The translations under genes and the position numbers were made by a program. Source: Callorhinchus milii (Eukaryota). From it: a stretch of 64,000 nucleotides of DNA. This document shows positions 12,540 through 26,300 of the stretch, piece by piece. The first letter of the stretch is position 1, and each line of letters opens with the position of its first letter. Under the pieces are notes generated by a model, which made no database searches, had not been told where the DNA came from, and worked only from the letters and a program-made list of their open reading frames with translations. The stretch covers positions 29,576,001-29,640,000 of the forward strand of contig NW_024704742.1 of NCBI RefSeq assembly GCF_018977255.1, in the 5' to 3' direction.

Positions 12540-14139
12540 GTCAGGTTTAGCTTTGAACATTTATTGCCACTGACAATATGTTGCTGTACTATGAGTCCAT
12601 TCAGTAAGGCAGAACTTCTGCACCAGCTATTAATGTTAGTATGCTGACAAGTCCACAAAGGCCATTAGTGATGTATACAGTACTACAAATGCAGTAGGAA
12701 GAGGAAAATCAAAAAAATACATTTAATTTGTCTCTGAAATACCATAACCCTTCCCTGCTTTATTACCAAATAATCCATATTGATCTGAAGCATTACAATG
12801 GACAATGAGGCAATGAGTTAAAGTGAACAGGCATTTTATATATGAAATCACACAATGCAATCAGAACTACTGAAACATTGACCTATGTTAGATAGGAGGA
12901 TTTTTTCTGTTTAAAAAAAATTGACCCATAATTTCTTCCTCCCTCATGACCTAAGTGGTTGAAATTCACAATTTACCACTTTTGTTTTCAAGTCCATTAG
13001 AAAAAACACATTTCTTCTCCTACATCGACTGCAGGTAGTGAGCGATGCAGGGAACAAACAATTCAGCTCATCAAAACCAGAATTTAACAAGATTATAAAT
13101 GCTTCTCCCAACCCCACCAAAAACCATTTCCCATTTACCCAAACACTCTTAGAAAAAAATGCATATGCTTTTGGTTATTAAACAAAAAGGAAACATGCGT
13201 CAAAAGACCCTGGAGTCAATCTGTAAACATTTGGCATAGCTTCACCGCTCGTATTCTCACGAGTTAAGTTTTTCAGCTTCATCAGTAAAAAACACACAAT
13301 TCCAATATGGCTTTATCTACCATTACAAAAAAAATGCAGCAGTTAACTAGTCAAGCTTCCAAGAAATGGAGTTATACCAAAACCAAAGTTGAGTTTGTGC
13401 TACTTCTATTTAGGAAAACAAATACTTGCAGCTGATAAGATTGCAGTCTACACTCGGGAGTGAGATAAAATGATCCTGAAAGTGAATAATGTGACACAGC
13501 ACAAGGATACTTTATTTAAATAACTTAGCATCCCTTCCAATTGCTGGTTCTGTGTGGTGAACTAAACAGTGGTAAATGGGACGATGAGAATCACTCCTTA
13601 CCAACTGTGGCATTCCAATTATCAGGAGTTAAGATGCTGTACTTGAACTCCAAAGTGTACTATGCTATTGATTTGGTGATCAAGTCACAACATGACTAAA
13701 ATGTGTACAGCTACAATATGATAGGAGCTGGATATGGATTAAGATCTCAAGACTATAAGCCCATTGAACACCAAGCGTAGAAATAAGCACAGGATTTAGC
13801 TAAAAGCCCGAGTAGGATAGACCACAATACTGAATGTGAATTAGGAAAATGTCTGACTAAAAGGAAGAAACTCCCTGCTTATAAGACTTGTAGAACAGGC
13901 TACAATGTATGATTTTTTTTAGATAATACAGGATTTGCTGCTATTTAGGAAACTGCTTGCTTTAGTGGCTTCTATACTGTATTTTCCAATAAATAAAACC
14001 TCGAATAATTTAAATGCAAATTGAATGAGACTTCATAGAACAGAAAATTTGAACAGTCCCTGTCTGGCAGTTTCATGTTGCTTTACTGCATAGCTCTTTC
14101 TGCTTCCTGCTAGAAGAGAAAGCTGCATAAATTTAATTT
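12540..14139 (-). other. SETD7: Probable SETD7 3' UTR
   Basis: About 1.6 kb of AT-rich sequence with no recognisable repeats after the stop; minus-strand AATAAA at 13511-13516, 12759-12764 and 12560-12565. Confidence 0.55.
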
Positions 14140-14314
14140 CTACTGAATGGTTTGGAAAGCCTCCAGTGCACGCTTGTACCAGTCAGGAGCTTCGGGTCCA
14201 CTCTTGCCTCCAGAACAGTGATCGTATCCATAAGCCACAGTCAGCTCTTCATCCCTCTCCACAGCCCGAATGGTCTGGATACATTTAATCGCTCCAAACC
14301 GAGGGTGAATAAAC
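14140..14314 (-). CDS. SETD7: SETD7 exon 8 (coding part, TAG stop)
   Basis: ccag|[67 protein letters not shown]. Confidence 0.96.
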
Positions 14315-17300
14315 CTGGGCAGAAAGATATTAAACATCTTGTATCAAGCGCTCTTGGACGCTACCCTGCATGAGCGGCACTACATAAATACAAGCTGTTG
14401 TTGTGGTATCCTTTCACAGTGGTTATGAGACCAAAAATGTTATTTTTTTTTTAAAAAAGTGATGCTACATAACCAGTCTAAATATGAGGATGCATTTCTC
14501 TTTGAGCCCAATTCCATCCAACATAAAATAACTTCTACAGTGTATTGTGATGTTAGCATTTCAGTATTACCACCGATTTCTAAGAAAGCCTGCGACAGCT
14601 TATATCACTGTAGAATCCTGTAGTGTAGTGGTTGGAGCACACGCTTCACAAGCAAGAGGAACAGGGTTCGATTCCTGGCAGGGTGAAACATTGGGAAAGT
14701 TTCCTTACTCCACAAGCCTCTATTTACTTAGCAGTAAGTAGGACTCCGGTTGTTAAGTCAATCGTCGGATTGCTTTTCCAGGGGTGATAAACCCTCCAAA
14801 AAAAAATAATTTCACGACTGTTTATGGGGCACTGCTGTGCGCAATTGGCTGCCGCGTTTTGCCCATAAAATACAGTCAATCCACTTTACCGAATATTCTG
14901 TAAAGCATTTTGAGAAGTCTCGAAGATGCGATAAGGCGCAATATCAAATGCAAGGATTATTATTATTATCTATCACCAATATGGCATTTACTTAGGTAGA
15001 ACTTTTTTTCTTTTACATAAATGACTCTATTGAAGAAACTTTGATATCAACTAAGAAACCGATTGCCAAGCTAAAACGTATTCAAACAAGATTGAGGACC
15101 ACATATATGTGAAAAATTTCCTTTTGACTGCAATGAGAATGCTCAGTCTCTCCTCCGTGGAACACATTCTACTCGCCTAACTCCAGAAATCATTAAGCAC
15201 AATTTGGCAAGAGGCCAGGCTTGGAGAATCCAGAGTGTTTGTTGTTGTATTGCTAGAATTTAACCAGCTAAAACTGTTACTGAATGCCAAACTTCCCCTT
15301 TTATGAATAGCCCATAACACAAATAAATCTACTTACGGGGCATACATGCAGTTTGGAGTGAAGGAGTGATTTGCTTTGTGCCCCAAGGATGCACAGTAAT
15401 GTTTGGTACTGTTGTAAGGCACAGGGACATCTAATACAGTATCATCATCCAATGATAAAGTGTTCCCATTGAGAGACCATGCTCTAGAATCCACCTGCCA
15501 AACAAATAAGACAAACCCATTAAGAAGAAATGCAATGCATATACAGTCACCACATTTTCTTTGTAGATGCACTGCTCACCTCCTCATGTGTAATGCGTAC
15601 TCCATTATAGAAAGCCATGACTGTATCACACTCTGCTGCTACCTTAGCAAACAAGCCTTCTCCAGCATTAGGAATGAAAGAATCAGCAACGTACACTCTA
15701 GTTTGGAAGAGAGAAGGAAGACTGGTTATTACACATCACTTTAGAAACTGCCCTACAACCAGTTCAAAGTGTACCGAGACTTACCATAATCATTTTTGCA
15801 TTTGATATTGTGCTTTTCACATGAGGACGACATCTCAAAGTGCTTCACATGAGTTATTGTAAAGCAGAATGACTATATTGTAGGGAAACGCAACAAGCCA
15901 ATTTGCGCACAGCAATGCCCTTACACAGCTATGAAGAGAATGACTAATTTTAATTGTGTGATTGTTGGCCAGGAGACTGGGAGAAACTCCCTTCTTTGTT
16001 CAAGAAGTGCTATGGGATCTTTAATGTCAATCCGAACAGGCAGGCAGGATTTCGGTTTAACATCTCATCTGTAGGACAGCACCTCCAAAACTGCAGCTCA
16101 CCCTCAAGTACTGAACTGCAGTGTCAGTTAGACTATGTAAATGCAAAGTCCCAATGTGGGGCTTGAAACCCAAAACCTTTGACTCAAAGGCGAGAGTTCT
16201 GCCAACTGAGCCAGGGTGACACCTAAACTTGACTTTGTTCAACACCAAAGAACCATTTTCTGGAACTGGAAGGCTTTGCGAGTGAGTGTATACATTTATA
16301 TATACAACAACAGATTCCATTTATAGAGCCTCATCCTCGCCTACAAGGCCATTCACGGCCTTGCTCCATCCTCGGGAGGACGTCCCAAGGCGCTGTACAG
16401 TTGGGTCAGGACCCGAGCAGGGGGGAAATGGTCAGGGTGAGGGGAGGGAAGGGAGGGAGCAAGGTGGGGGTAGAGAGTCGAGAGGGGAGCTGAAAGCACG
16501 GTCAAAGAGAAAGGTCTTGAGACCGGCCTTGAAGGAGGAGAGGGAGGAAGCAAGGCGAAGGCACTGGGGGATAGAGTTCCAGAGCCTAGGGGCTGAGAGG
16601 CTGAAGGCCCGACCACCGATGGTATGGCGGTTGGGGCGGGGGATGTGGAGCAGACTGGAGTCAGAGGAACGGAGGGTACGGGCAGGTAAGTAGGGGGACA
16701 GTAGGTCAGAGAGGTAGGAGGGAGCAAGGCCGTGAATGGCCTTGTAGGCGAGGATGAGGATCTTGAATTCGAATATCGAATATTGAGTTCGAATATTCAA
16801 ACTTGAATATCTATATATACATAATTTATATTTAGTTAAACCACATTATGAATGTTATATCCATTTTACTGGACCATTTGAAATCTAAGCTGTCCACACA
16901 TGCGTTACTGGAATATGAAGACAGACGAGGCAATTTTGGATGAGACTATTAAGTTTGCTAATTATTGAGAACAATGAGTCATGAATTTAAATTAACAAAC
17001 AAAAAATTTAAGCCTCGAAAATGTTTTGTAATACTAAAGCACAGAAAAGCAGTGTATGAACTTAAAAGTTAAAATGTCATTTGAATCAAACATTGACTTA
17101 ATATGAAATAAACCACTGCCATAGTATATGCAGAATCTATTGATTTCTTCAGCTTTCTAAATTTGGAGATTGCAAGAGACTGAGGACAGTCACTAGATGC
17201 ATTTAAGAAACAGCTTGATACTGTAAAGGGAGGATGGTACAGTGGGTAGTCTGGAAGGATGAGAACAAATGGGTCAAAGGGGTTTAATCATCTCTCTTGT

Positions 17301-20300
17301 GGTAAGCTTACATCTAGGTTCACATTCTAATATCCATGGACTAAGATAATATATATATATATATATATATATAACCAAAGTCTTTATAGCAGGCTGTATA
17401 AATCCTGTTTCACGCTCCTAATTGCTCTACCATTGGAAGTGGTAGTCTAGCAGCATACTAGAGGCAATGGACAGATTGAGCTGGAGGTAGATTGCTAATA
17501 GACTTGAAAAAGGCCCTCTGGGCTGAGCAGAAGCAGAATTCATTGTAACAAGAGCTCCACCACTTTCAGTTACATTTTCCCACTGGAAACAATTTCCCCG
17601 GATTATTCTAAGGGGATTGCCATCAAATTATGCTAATTAAAAAGGAATGAAAAAGAAATTAGAATTCTCAAATATTTCCATTCACGATTGGGAAGAAACT
17701 GGACAACCTCTCCTCTTCATATGAATCAGGACGAAGGCTGGATGTAGAAATGCAGTAGGAGGTGGATTTGTCCAAACTGTAAACTGGACCTGGAATTATA
17801 GAAAACAGAAGTTACTATACCAACTGATAAGGTTTGCTGGACAACCATCTTTTAAATTCTCAATTCAAGCCTATTCTGAACAACCACGTGTTTAAGCAGT
17901 TAAAACAGAGGTTTTAACAAACAGGAATGTCAACAAATCAACTTCAGTTTAGGGGACGATGGGGATATATTTGAAACCATTCGGACTCTATTTGCTGATT
18001 AGGACTCCTGACTTGAGAAAATCAAATGAAGAGATTTGCAAATTGTATATCACAAGTGGGAAAGTCTGAAAAAAGCTGGCAAGAAAACACAAGAGGGTAA
18101 TGGTGGTGTCTAACCCTGCTCCTGTGTATTGCTCTGAGACGCTATCCTGTGTGAAAACACCTATATAAACGCAAGGTGTTGATTCAATAGCCAGTATTTT
18201 TAAGGACTTTTGTCAGTTTGAGACTCACAAATCAAAACTAGCAACACAAATTCCGTTTACAAATATTTGAGCAGGAAGTCCACGTGGATCTTGATTTAAT
18301 CGGTTTAGGAAGCAATTCAGAGAGTCCAGAATTTAGCAAATTGGTGAAATCAGTTTTTAAAACTTTGTAGTCGGTTTTCTGTAAAATTTGCAAAACAAAA
18401 TTTATCCTGTCTCTTCCTCATCACCTCCCATTGCTCCCCAAATAATAATTCTTGCATTTGATATAGTGCCTTATCATGTCTTCTAGACATCTTAAAATGC
18501 TTCACATAATATACTGTAAAGTTAATTGACTATGTTTTGTGGGTGAAACGTGGCAGCCAATTGCGCAAAGAAGTGTCCCACAAATAGTCGTGACCCAATT
18601 ATTATTTGTTGTTCTTGAAGGAATTATTACCCCCGGAAAAGTGATCCGCCAATCGACTAACAACCGGGTTCCTACTTACTGCTAGGTAAACAGAGGCATG
18701 TGGAGTAAGGGAACTTGCCAACGTTTCACCCTGCCAGGAATCGAATCCAGGTCTTCTCACTTACAAGGCAAGTGCTCTAACCACTAAGCTACAGGACTCC
18801 ATGAAAAAGGTGGAAAAAAATATATAGCACAATTGTGAAAATGTTCACAAGATCATAAGTACGTCCAAGTTTTACTATATCACATGAGAGAATGACGTAA
18901 TGGTAAACAAACAATTCTTACCAGCTGCTACCTGCTCAAACTGGGGTCTTCCATCCACACAATTTTTAAGAGTTGTGATACGCCCTTCTATCATCTCTCC
19001 ATCAACAAATTTGCCGAGCATCGCTGTGCTGCTATCAGGATAGACGTAAGCTATTTTATCACCAGTCATGTCCCCATCTTCATTCACTTGTCCTACCAAG
19101 CAGCCTCTGTCCTGTCACACAAGACAAAATGTCATTGAATTAAAACACACACTATTCTAACATGTTTTATTCCCATCCAAAAAGAACACCTTCTGGATTA
19201 GTGGTGTGATAAAGGATTGCCCGTGAAATATTTCCTCTTCCTATGATTATTTCAAATAAGAAGTTCCTAGACAGTGTGGAGTTGCTGTTAACACCCAGCC
19301 AGCTGGGTACCCAGGCTCATACCAGGGGAGTCAGGAGAAAGGTCAAGGAAGAGACATGGTAACTAGACAATTCATAGGGTGGGGGGAGAAATATGGGAAC
19401 AGAGGGAAGGGGAAGGCAAGTCTAGTGGGGATTAGGGAGCAGATCCTCATGTTCACTGAGAGAAAACAGGATGAAAATTCAAGATCAAAACAATAAGTAG
19501 GATGAATTGTAAGAGCTGCATAAATACGTATGGATTCTGTGAGTTTCATCCCAAGGCGCTGAACAGCCAGGGATCAAGACCCGAGCATGGGGGGCTGGGT
19601 TGGGGTGAGGGAGGCCAGAGAGGGCAGCCAAAGGCACGGTCGAAAAGGAGGGTCTTGAGTCGTGCCTTGAAGGAGGCAAGAGAGGGAGTAAGGCGAAGGG
19701 ATTGTGGGATGGATTTCCAGAGGGTGGGGGCAAATAGGCTGAAAGCCCAGCTGCCGATGCTAGGGTGGGTCAGGCAGGAAACATGGAGTAAGCATGAGCC
19801 TCCTCAGACAGGTTGATAGGGGGTCAGCAGGTCAGAGATGTAGGAGTGGGCAAAACCATGGAGGACCTTGAAAGTGAGGACGAGAATTTTGAGGGATGGG
19901 GAGCCGGTGGAGGGTGGGGATAATGAGGTCACAGAGCCCGGTGCGGGTGAGGACATGAGCTGCAGAGTTCTGGATGATCCGCAGCTTGTGGAGGGAAGAG
20001 TTGGGGAGACCGATAAGGATGGAGTTGCCGTAGTCGAGCCTCGAGGTGACGAATGCATGTATGAGGGTTTCGGTAGCCTGAGGGTTGAGACAGTGGCGGA
20101 GTCGGGCAATGTTGCAGAGGTCGGGGAAGGCAGAGCGGGTCATGGCATGGATATGGGGGAGAAAGGACAGTTGAGGGTGAAACAAGATGCCCAGGTTCCT
20201 GACTGGCTTGGTGAGGTAGAGTGTGCAACCGTGGAGGCTGATGCTGCCAGTGCCTGACGTGCGGAGGCGCTGGCGAGAGCCAATCAGGAGGGCCTCCGTC

Positions 20301-23300
20301 TTGCTGACATTCAGCTGTAGAAAGTTGGCTCTAATCCAGAACTTGATGTCTGACGGACAGTCTGTCAGGACATCAGTTGTCCTGAAATCGAGGATGCAGG
20401 CAGAGAGATAGAGTTGGATGTCATCCGTGTACATGTGGAAGTTGACCCCATGTCTATGAATGATGTCACCAAGGGGGAGCATGTAGAGGTTAAAGAGGAG
20501 GGGACCGAGGACAGAGCCCTGAGGAACACCACACGAGACTGTGCAGTTGCTGGAAGAGAAACCGTTGGTGGAGACAAATTGGAGACGATGTGAGAGATAA
20601 GACCTGAACCATTCAAGGATAGAACCTTGAAGGTTGAGGTGAGAGGAGAGGCGGTGGAGCAGGATGGAATGGTTCATGGTATCGAAGGCAGCAGAGCGGT
20701 CAAGGAGGCAGAGGGAGCCCTGGTCACAGATGGACAAGATGTCGTTTGTCACCTTGACCAGAGCAGTTTTTGTGCTATGAGCAGCACAGAAACCCAACTG
20801 GAGGGGCTCGTGAAGGGAGTGGTAGGAGAGGAGTGAGTGAAGCTGGGAAGCAACGACTCTTTCATGGACCTTGGAAAGAGAGGTTGGAGATGGGCTGGTA
20901 GTTAGAAAGCAGGGATGGGTTCAGGGAAGGTTTTTTCAGGACGGTGGTAATTATAGCTGTTTTTAGGGGGAGGAGAATGGTGCCAGATGAAAGGGAGAGA
21001 TTGATGGTGTTGGAGATAGACAGGCGAGGAGGTGGAGCTGAGAGGTAAGGAGAGGGGTGGGGATGGGGTCAAGGGATCAGGTGGTGTGTTTCATGCTGGA
21101 TATGATGGGGATGAGAGAGGAGGGAGTCAGGTTTGAAAATGTGGAGGGAGGGTTGGGTAGGAGTCAGAGTGTCGGTGGGAGAGGCGAGGGAGTGGCGGTT
21201 GGGAGAGCGGAGGCAGCTGAACGGATCCCCTCGATTTTGGACTCAAGGAAATCTAGCATCTCCTCTGTACATGACACGTACAGAGTGAATTACAAACATC
21301 CTTAATTATTGTAGAACCATAGGTTGTTGGTGGCTAGGGCTAGAGGGTCTCAGCCCCCACCACCACCCAAAAAAATAAAATCTATCTACCAGCTCATCAA
21401 CTTTTCTCCATGGGATGTTGAGACTGGAGAGGGGCACTGCTCTCCGCAATGGGTAATGGAACGTGAAGTTAAGCAAATGTAGCAGTCAATGAGTTGAGTA
21501 AGTGGGAATTGGATCCAATGCTCACACACACACACATATACACACCCAAACACAGAGACACACACACACACACAAACAGTCTTCAGCTCAATTGCCCCCA
21601 AGAATATTTTCACACTCCGGGTGTGTGTAGTACTACTATTTTTCAGCACCCATGTTTGTTTTGCGCAGAGTGCCTGATTCCTGCTTCATGCCCTATATTT
21701 TAGTGCAACTCATGTGATCGTGATTCTTCTGCATTCTTTATTGAAGCTATGTTAAAATTTGAACTTTTTTGCAACCAAAAATAGATCAGAGCACGAAAAT
21801 ACCAAAATTAAAATGAGCCGTGAAATACACTAATTATACAGTATATAATTACCCAACAAAAAGGATTACAGAAGGCCAGGGGTCAACTAACACACATCGG
21901 GAGCAAATCTGGGACCTTGATCATCTGAATGGCTCATTGTTACACAGTTAATGGCTTCATCAAACGAGCCATCAAGGCAGTAAATATCCTGCGTTTCTCA
22001 TGGTTGTGTCTCTCCTTCTACTCCTCAGGTAATTATGATTGAAGCAAAGTTTTGCTAACTTGGACGAATCACTCTCATTGGAAAAGATACAAAATTATAA
22101 TGTGCTGTGACAAACTTTAAAATGTAGGGTGAGAAAGTAAGGCTCCTTTAATGTTAAAAAAAACTTTGTTATCGAGGGCTTGCCTGATGACCCAGCCAAT
22201 TTATTTAGTGACTAGCTGAGTCAAATGTCAGGAATCCTCCAGCTTTGAATCCTGATCTGTGCTGAGTCAGCTAATCTAAGATTGAGCAGTACTGGGGCCG
22301 ATTCAATTGGCCTCATTTGAAAACTGGAAAACAAATCAAGCTAGAACTTACAATCATGATCCTGCAATTCCTCGAGGTTTGTGTGTGTGAGAATGTTAAA
22401 TGGGAATAGCATCACATTTGCTTGTGATAGACCTCACGCCCTCTCCCCAAGTTGAATAGCAGTGGCAGCACTTATTGTCAAAGCTCACACATGAGCCATA
22501 GACAATTAGGTCAGGTTCTAAATGCTATCAGCACTGCAGTGAGATTTAAATGTTTTCAGGAAGAAGTGGGTCAGGGAAAACCAGAATGTTAACCAAAGCT
22601 TACCAAAAAATAGATCCAGCAAACGCCACACCGAATATTGTCCCTGTACTGACCCCGGAAGGTCAGTTGACCCTCAGAATTGTATTCCTGGGCTGGGCCG
22701 TTCAGTTCGCCATCGATGTAGGTTCCATGGAGGGTACTTTTGTCCTCGTAGGAGTAAACAGCCTGGCCTTGTAAAGCATCGTCAACAAAGTTCCCTTCAA
22801 GTATGCTAAAGAAAAGAAGAAAACTAATTAGGTACAAGATACGCCACAAATTTGTTCTAGACAATTAAATCCTCTAGATTCTGACAATCAGGTCAAATGA
22901 TGGATTTGATGTAGTTACAGTGAAAGTATGGTACTAATCTAATTTACCAGCATTATAGGGCAAGGCTATAGGTGTTGCTTTTGTTTCTGGAGTGAGTGGA
23001 ATAAGGAACCTGACTGGCAGTGCTTGCTCTAGTGTTCCCAAAGTGCTTTTTCCCTTTTACAAAGCCATGTACAACAAACATATGCCTCTGAGCAGTTTAG
23101 ACCAAGATTAATTTCTTAAACACATACACACACACACAGTATTTTTCGTCTTATGAAACTTTAAACAGATAAAGCCTGGTTCTCTAACAACTCGCTCAAT
23201 GGTTACTGCAAGCCAATCATGGAACTCAGCCGTGCAGACAGGGAAGATCCCAGGCTCAATCGTGTAGGTCTGAGCTGAGTAATTTGATCTCTGCTGAGAC

Positions 23301-26300
23301 TGCAGTTGAGATGCTACAGTGACGTTGGTCTAGAATGAAGGAAGAAAACAGCTAGGGTTCTTATTTTACATTGCTGTTGAGCAACCCTAGCTGGAAAGTG
23401 CGCTCACATGGATATTAAGGGAGAGGATCAGGCTTGAAAGTGATGACCCCTACCTCAAAAGTAAAAACTCTACTGCACTTACAGTCTAGGTTCATGCTGA
23501 AGAGCAGCAACTGGGGAGGGAATCAAGGAGAAACAAATAGAAATAGTCTGATTAACGCAGTAATTTTAGTCTAGGTTTAACACTGATGGATCCAATTTTG
23601 GAAAGAATGGAGGTGATCAGTAAATTTTACGTTGAGAGAGAAGGTGAATGAAATTTGACACCATGGAATCTTGTTTTGTAAGATAAGCACTAACTGGTAA
23701 CTCTATATGGTCCAGAATAAAATAGCCACTGGATAGCTCAGTCAATTGCAGTTATCATTAACTGCAATGTGGTAAGCTAAGCCAGGAACTTAATTGACTT
23801 TGTATCCTGCAGTGCTTTAATGGGTAGGTATCAAGTGGAATGCCTCAAAGAGCTCAGAGGTCCATGCTGGGACCTCTCTTGTGTTTGATGTACATTCATA
23901 ATTTGGATAAAGAGATTCAGTGCAAGATAATTACATCCAAGATAGCTGGATCCAGGATAGTCACTGTGTAACTGGATGGGCTGAATGTCCTGTTTCTGAG
24001 CTGTACTTTCTATAAATTTGCTGGGGAAGGGGGGCAGGGAGAGACAATAACTACAGAGATTGAGGAGATGACCAAGATCTTATAAATAGAGCTAAACATC
24101 ATATAAAAATAATAATCCTTGCATTTGATATAGTGTCTTATCACATCTTTGAGACGTCTCAAAGTGCTTCACAGAATATACTGTAAATTGGATTGACTGT
24201 ATGGGACACCGTATACCTGGGTGAGGTATCTGGCTAGCTATTGAAACCATCACACCTAATATTTACTCAATATTGGGGTATAAGTTGTGGCGTTTGGTGA
24301 GATTTCTCATCAACACCAAGTCACAACTAAGGAACGGTGCTGGTAACTGATAGCAACTCATGGGTATTCTGCTCTAACAAGCCGGAAGCAGAAATCAGAA
24401 ATCCAGTGGGTCATTGCAAAGCACTTCTGGTTACAGGCTGGATTCCCTTTTTGCAACTCAGAAATACAGAAAGGTGGAGTCCTGTAGCTCAGTGGTTAGA
24501 GCACTCGCCTTGCAAGAGAGACACCTGGGTTCAATTCCAGGCAGGCTAAACCTTGGGCAAGTTTCCTTATCCCACATGCCTAATAATAATCCCTCCAAAA
24601 AACAAAACAATAATAAATTGGTCATTTTCAATCCATGTCTGTTTGTGGGACACTGCTGTGCGCAATTGGCTGCCGCGTTTCGCCCACATATATACAGTCA
24701 ACTCACTTTACAGCATGTTCTGTGAAGCGCCTTGAGATGTCTAGAAGACGTGAAAAGCGCTATATCAAATGCAAGGATTATTCATTATTAAATAATTTCT
24801 TTNAAAAAATGAAGAAACCTCACAAATGATTAGCTCTAGGAAACAAAGATAAATAAAAGTTTCACAAAGAGTTAATGAAATAGGGCAAAACTGGATAAGA
24901 ATAAACTTTTCTTTTTTAAGCTGCATTGGCAATAAAACTGCTACTTTTAAGTATTTGATTCTCCAATGAATTAGGGCACTTTTCTGGAGAACAAACAAGT
25001 GCTCCTCTTCAACAGAGCTGGCATCACAGTAACAAACAGTGAATGGCACTGTCCCGTTTTATTTACATCTCTTTTTGTGCCAGCTGTCCAGTAAGACACA
25101 AAATGCCACACTGGGTAGAAACAACACCACAAAACATCTACTATTGCATAAGATCTTTTGAATAGATCAGAAACATCTATGAGCTTCTCCACCAAACAAC
25201 AGTACTGTTCTGCTCTTGCGAAATAATAATCAACGGTGTCTTTTTTCCAGCCATCTATCTATCAAACAAATAACCTAGTATAAGGGCCAAATCAAGAATA
25301 AAAGTAGACACATATTTTGGGTCCCAGTAATGCGATTAACGATAATAATACTTGCATTTGATATAACACTTTATCACATCGTTGAGACGTCTCAAAGCGC
25401 TTCACAGAATATATTGTGAAGTGGACTGACTGAGTATTTTGTGGGCAAAACGTAGCAGCCAATTGTGCAAAGCAACATTCCACAAACAGTCGTGGTTTGA
25501 GTGACTAAATTATTATTATTACTTTTTTTTTAGGAGGGATTATTACCTCCAGAAATCGATCTGCCAATCAACTAACAACAATAGCAATCCAATCAAAATT
25601 CCTGAAACAAAGGAATATATTGGTTCTTTGACACGAACTGCACAAGTAGTGCAGTAATACTTGATTGTATTGCAGCACCCTGGGACATCCTCCCGACATG
25701 AAAGGTTCTATATAAATGCAATTTGTTGTTGTTTTGTTTTTTGCAACACTTAAAATACCATCATTAAATGAGGTAAAAATGCACAACAATTTTGATTATT
25801 AAACAACACATTTATTCATAACCAACTGCTTAATTAAATGCAGATCACCTCATTAGTATGACTGGGAATATGAGACCGAGAGTTAAAGACTACTAATTTT
25901 CTGGAGTGTGCTGTGACTCCACAATTTACAATTACGGCTTCAAAATATTATTTATGCTTGTGTTTATGCCCTCATTCTGTATAGAAAGTCCCAGGAGCAT
26001 TGTGCTGTGTTTTTCTTGATTTTCAAACAGCAATAAATAAGAACTTCTCAAAACAAATCATTTCCATTTAAATTCAGCTCCTCTGTTTAGCTCCATACCA
26101 CATGTACTACGCGTCTTTTGAACATATTGAAGGATTTGGTGGTATTAAGGATGATCATCACATTAAAATAGAATTGATATAATATTGACACTCAAAAAGA
26201 ATCACAAAGACAGTGCAGGGTGGGTGAGGGGAATAAAGGACAGTATAAAATAGGGTAATATTTTGTCCAATATTATCCTATTAAGTCCAATTTAAATGTC

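Noticed and set aside
19832..20797. 321-aa reverse-transcriptase ORF (also 1780-2873 and 38244-38973) as a functional or domesticated gene
   Set aside because: Parts of 5'-truncated, frameshifted L2 copies with no endonuclease domain.
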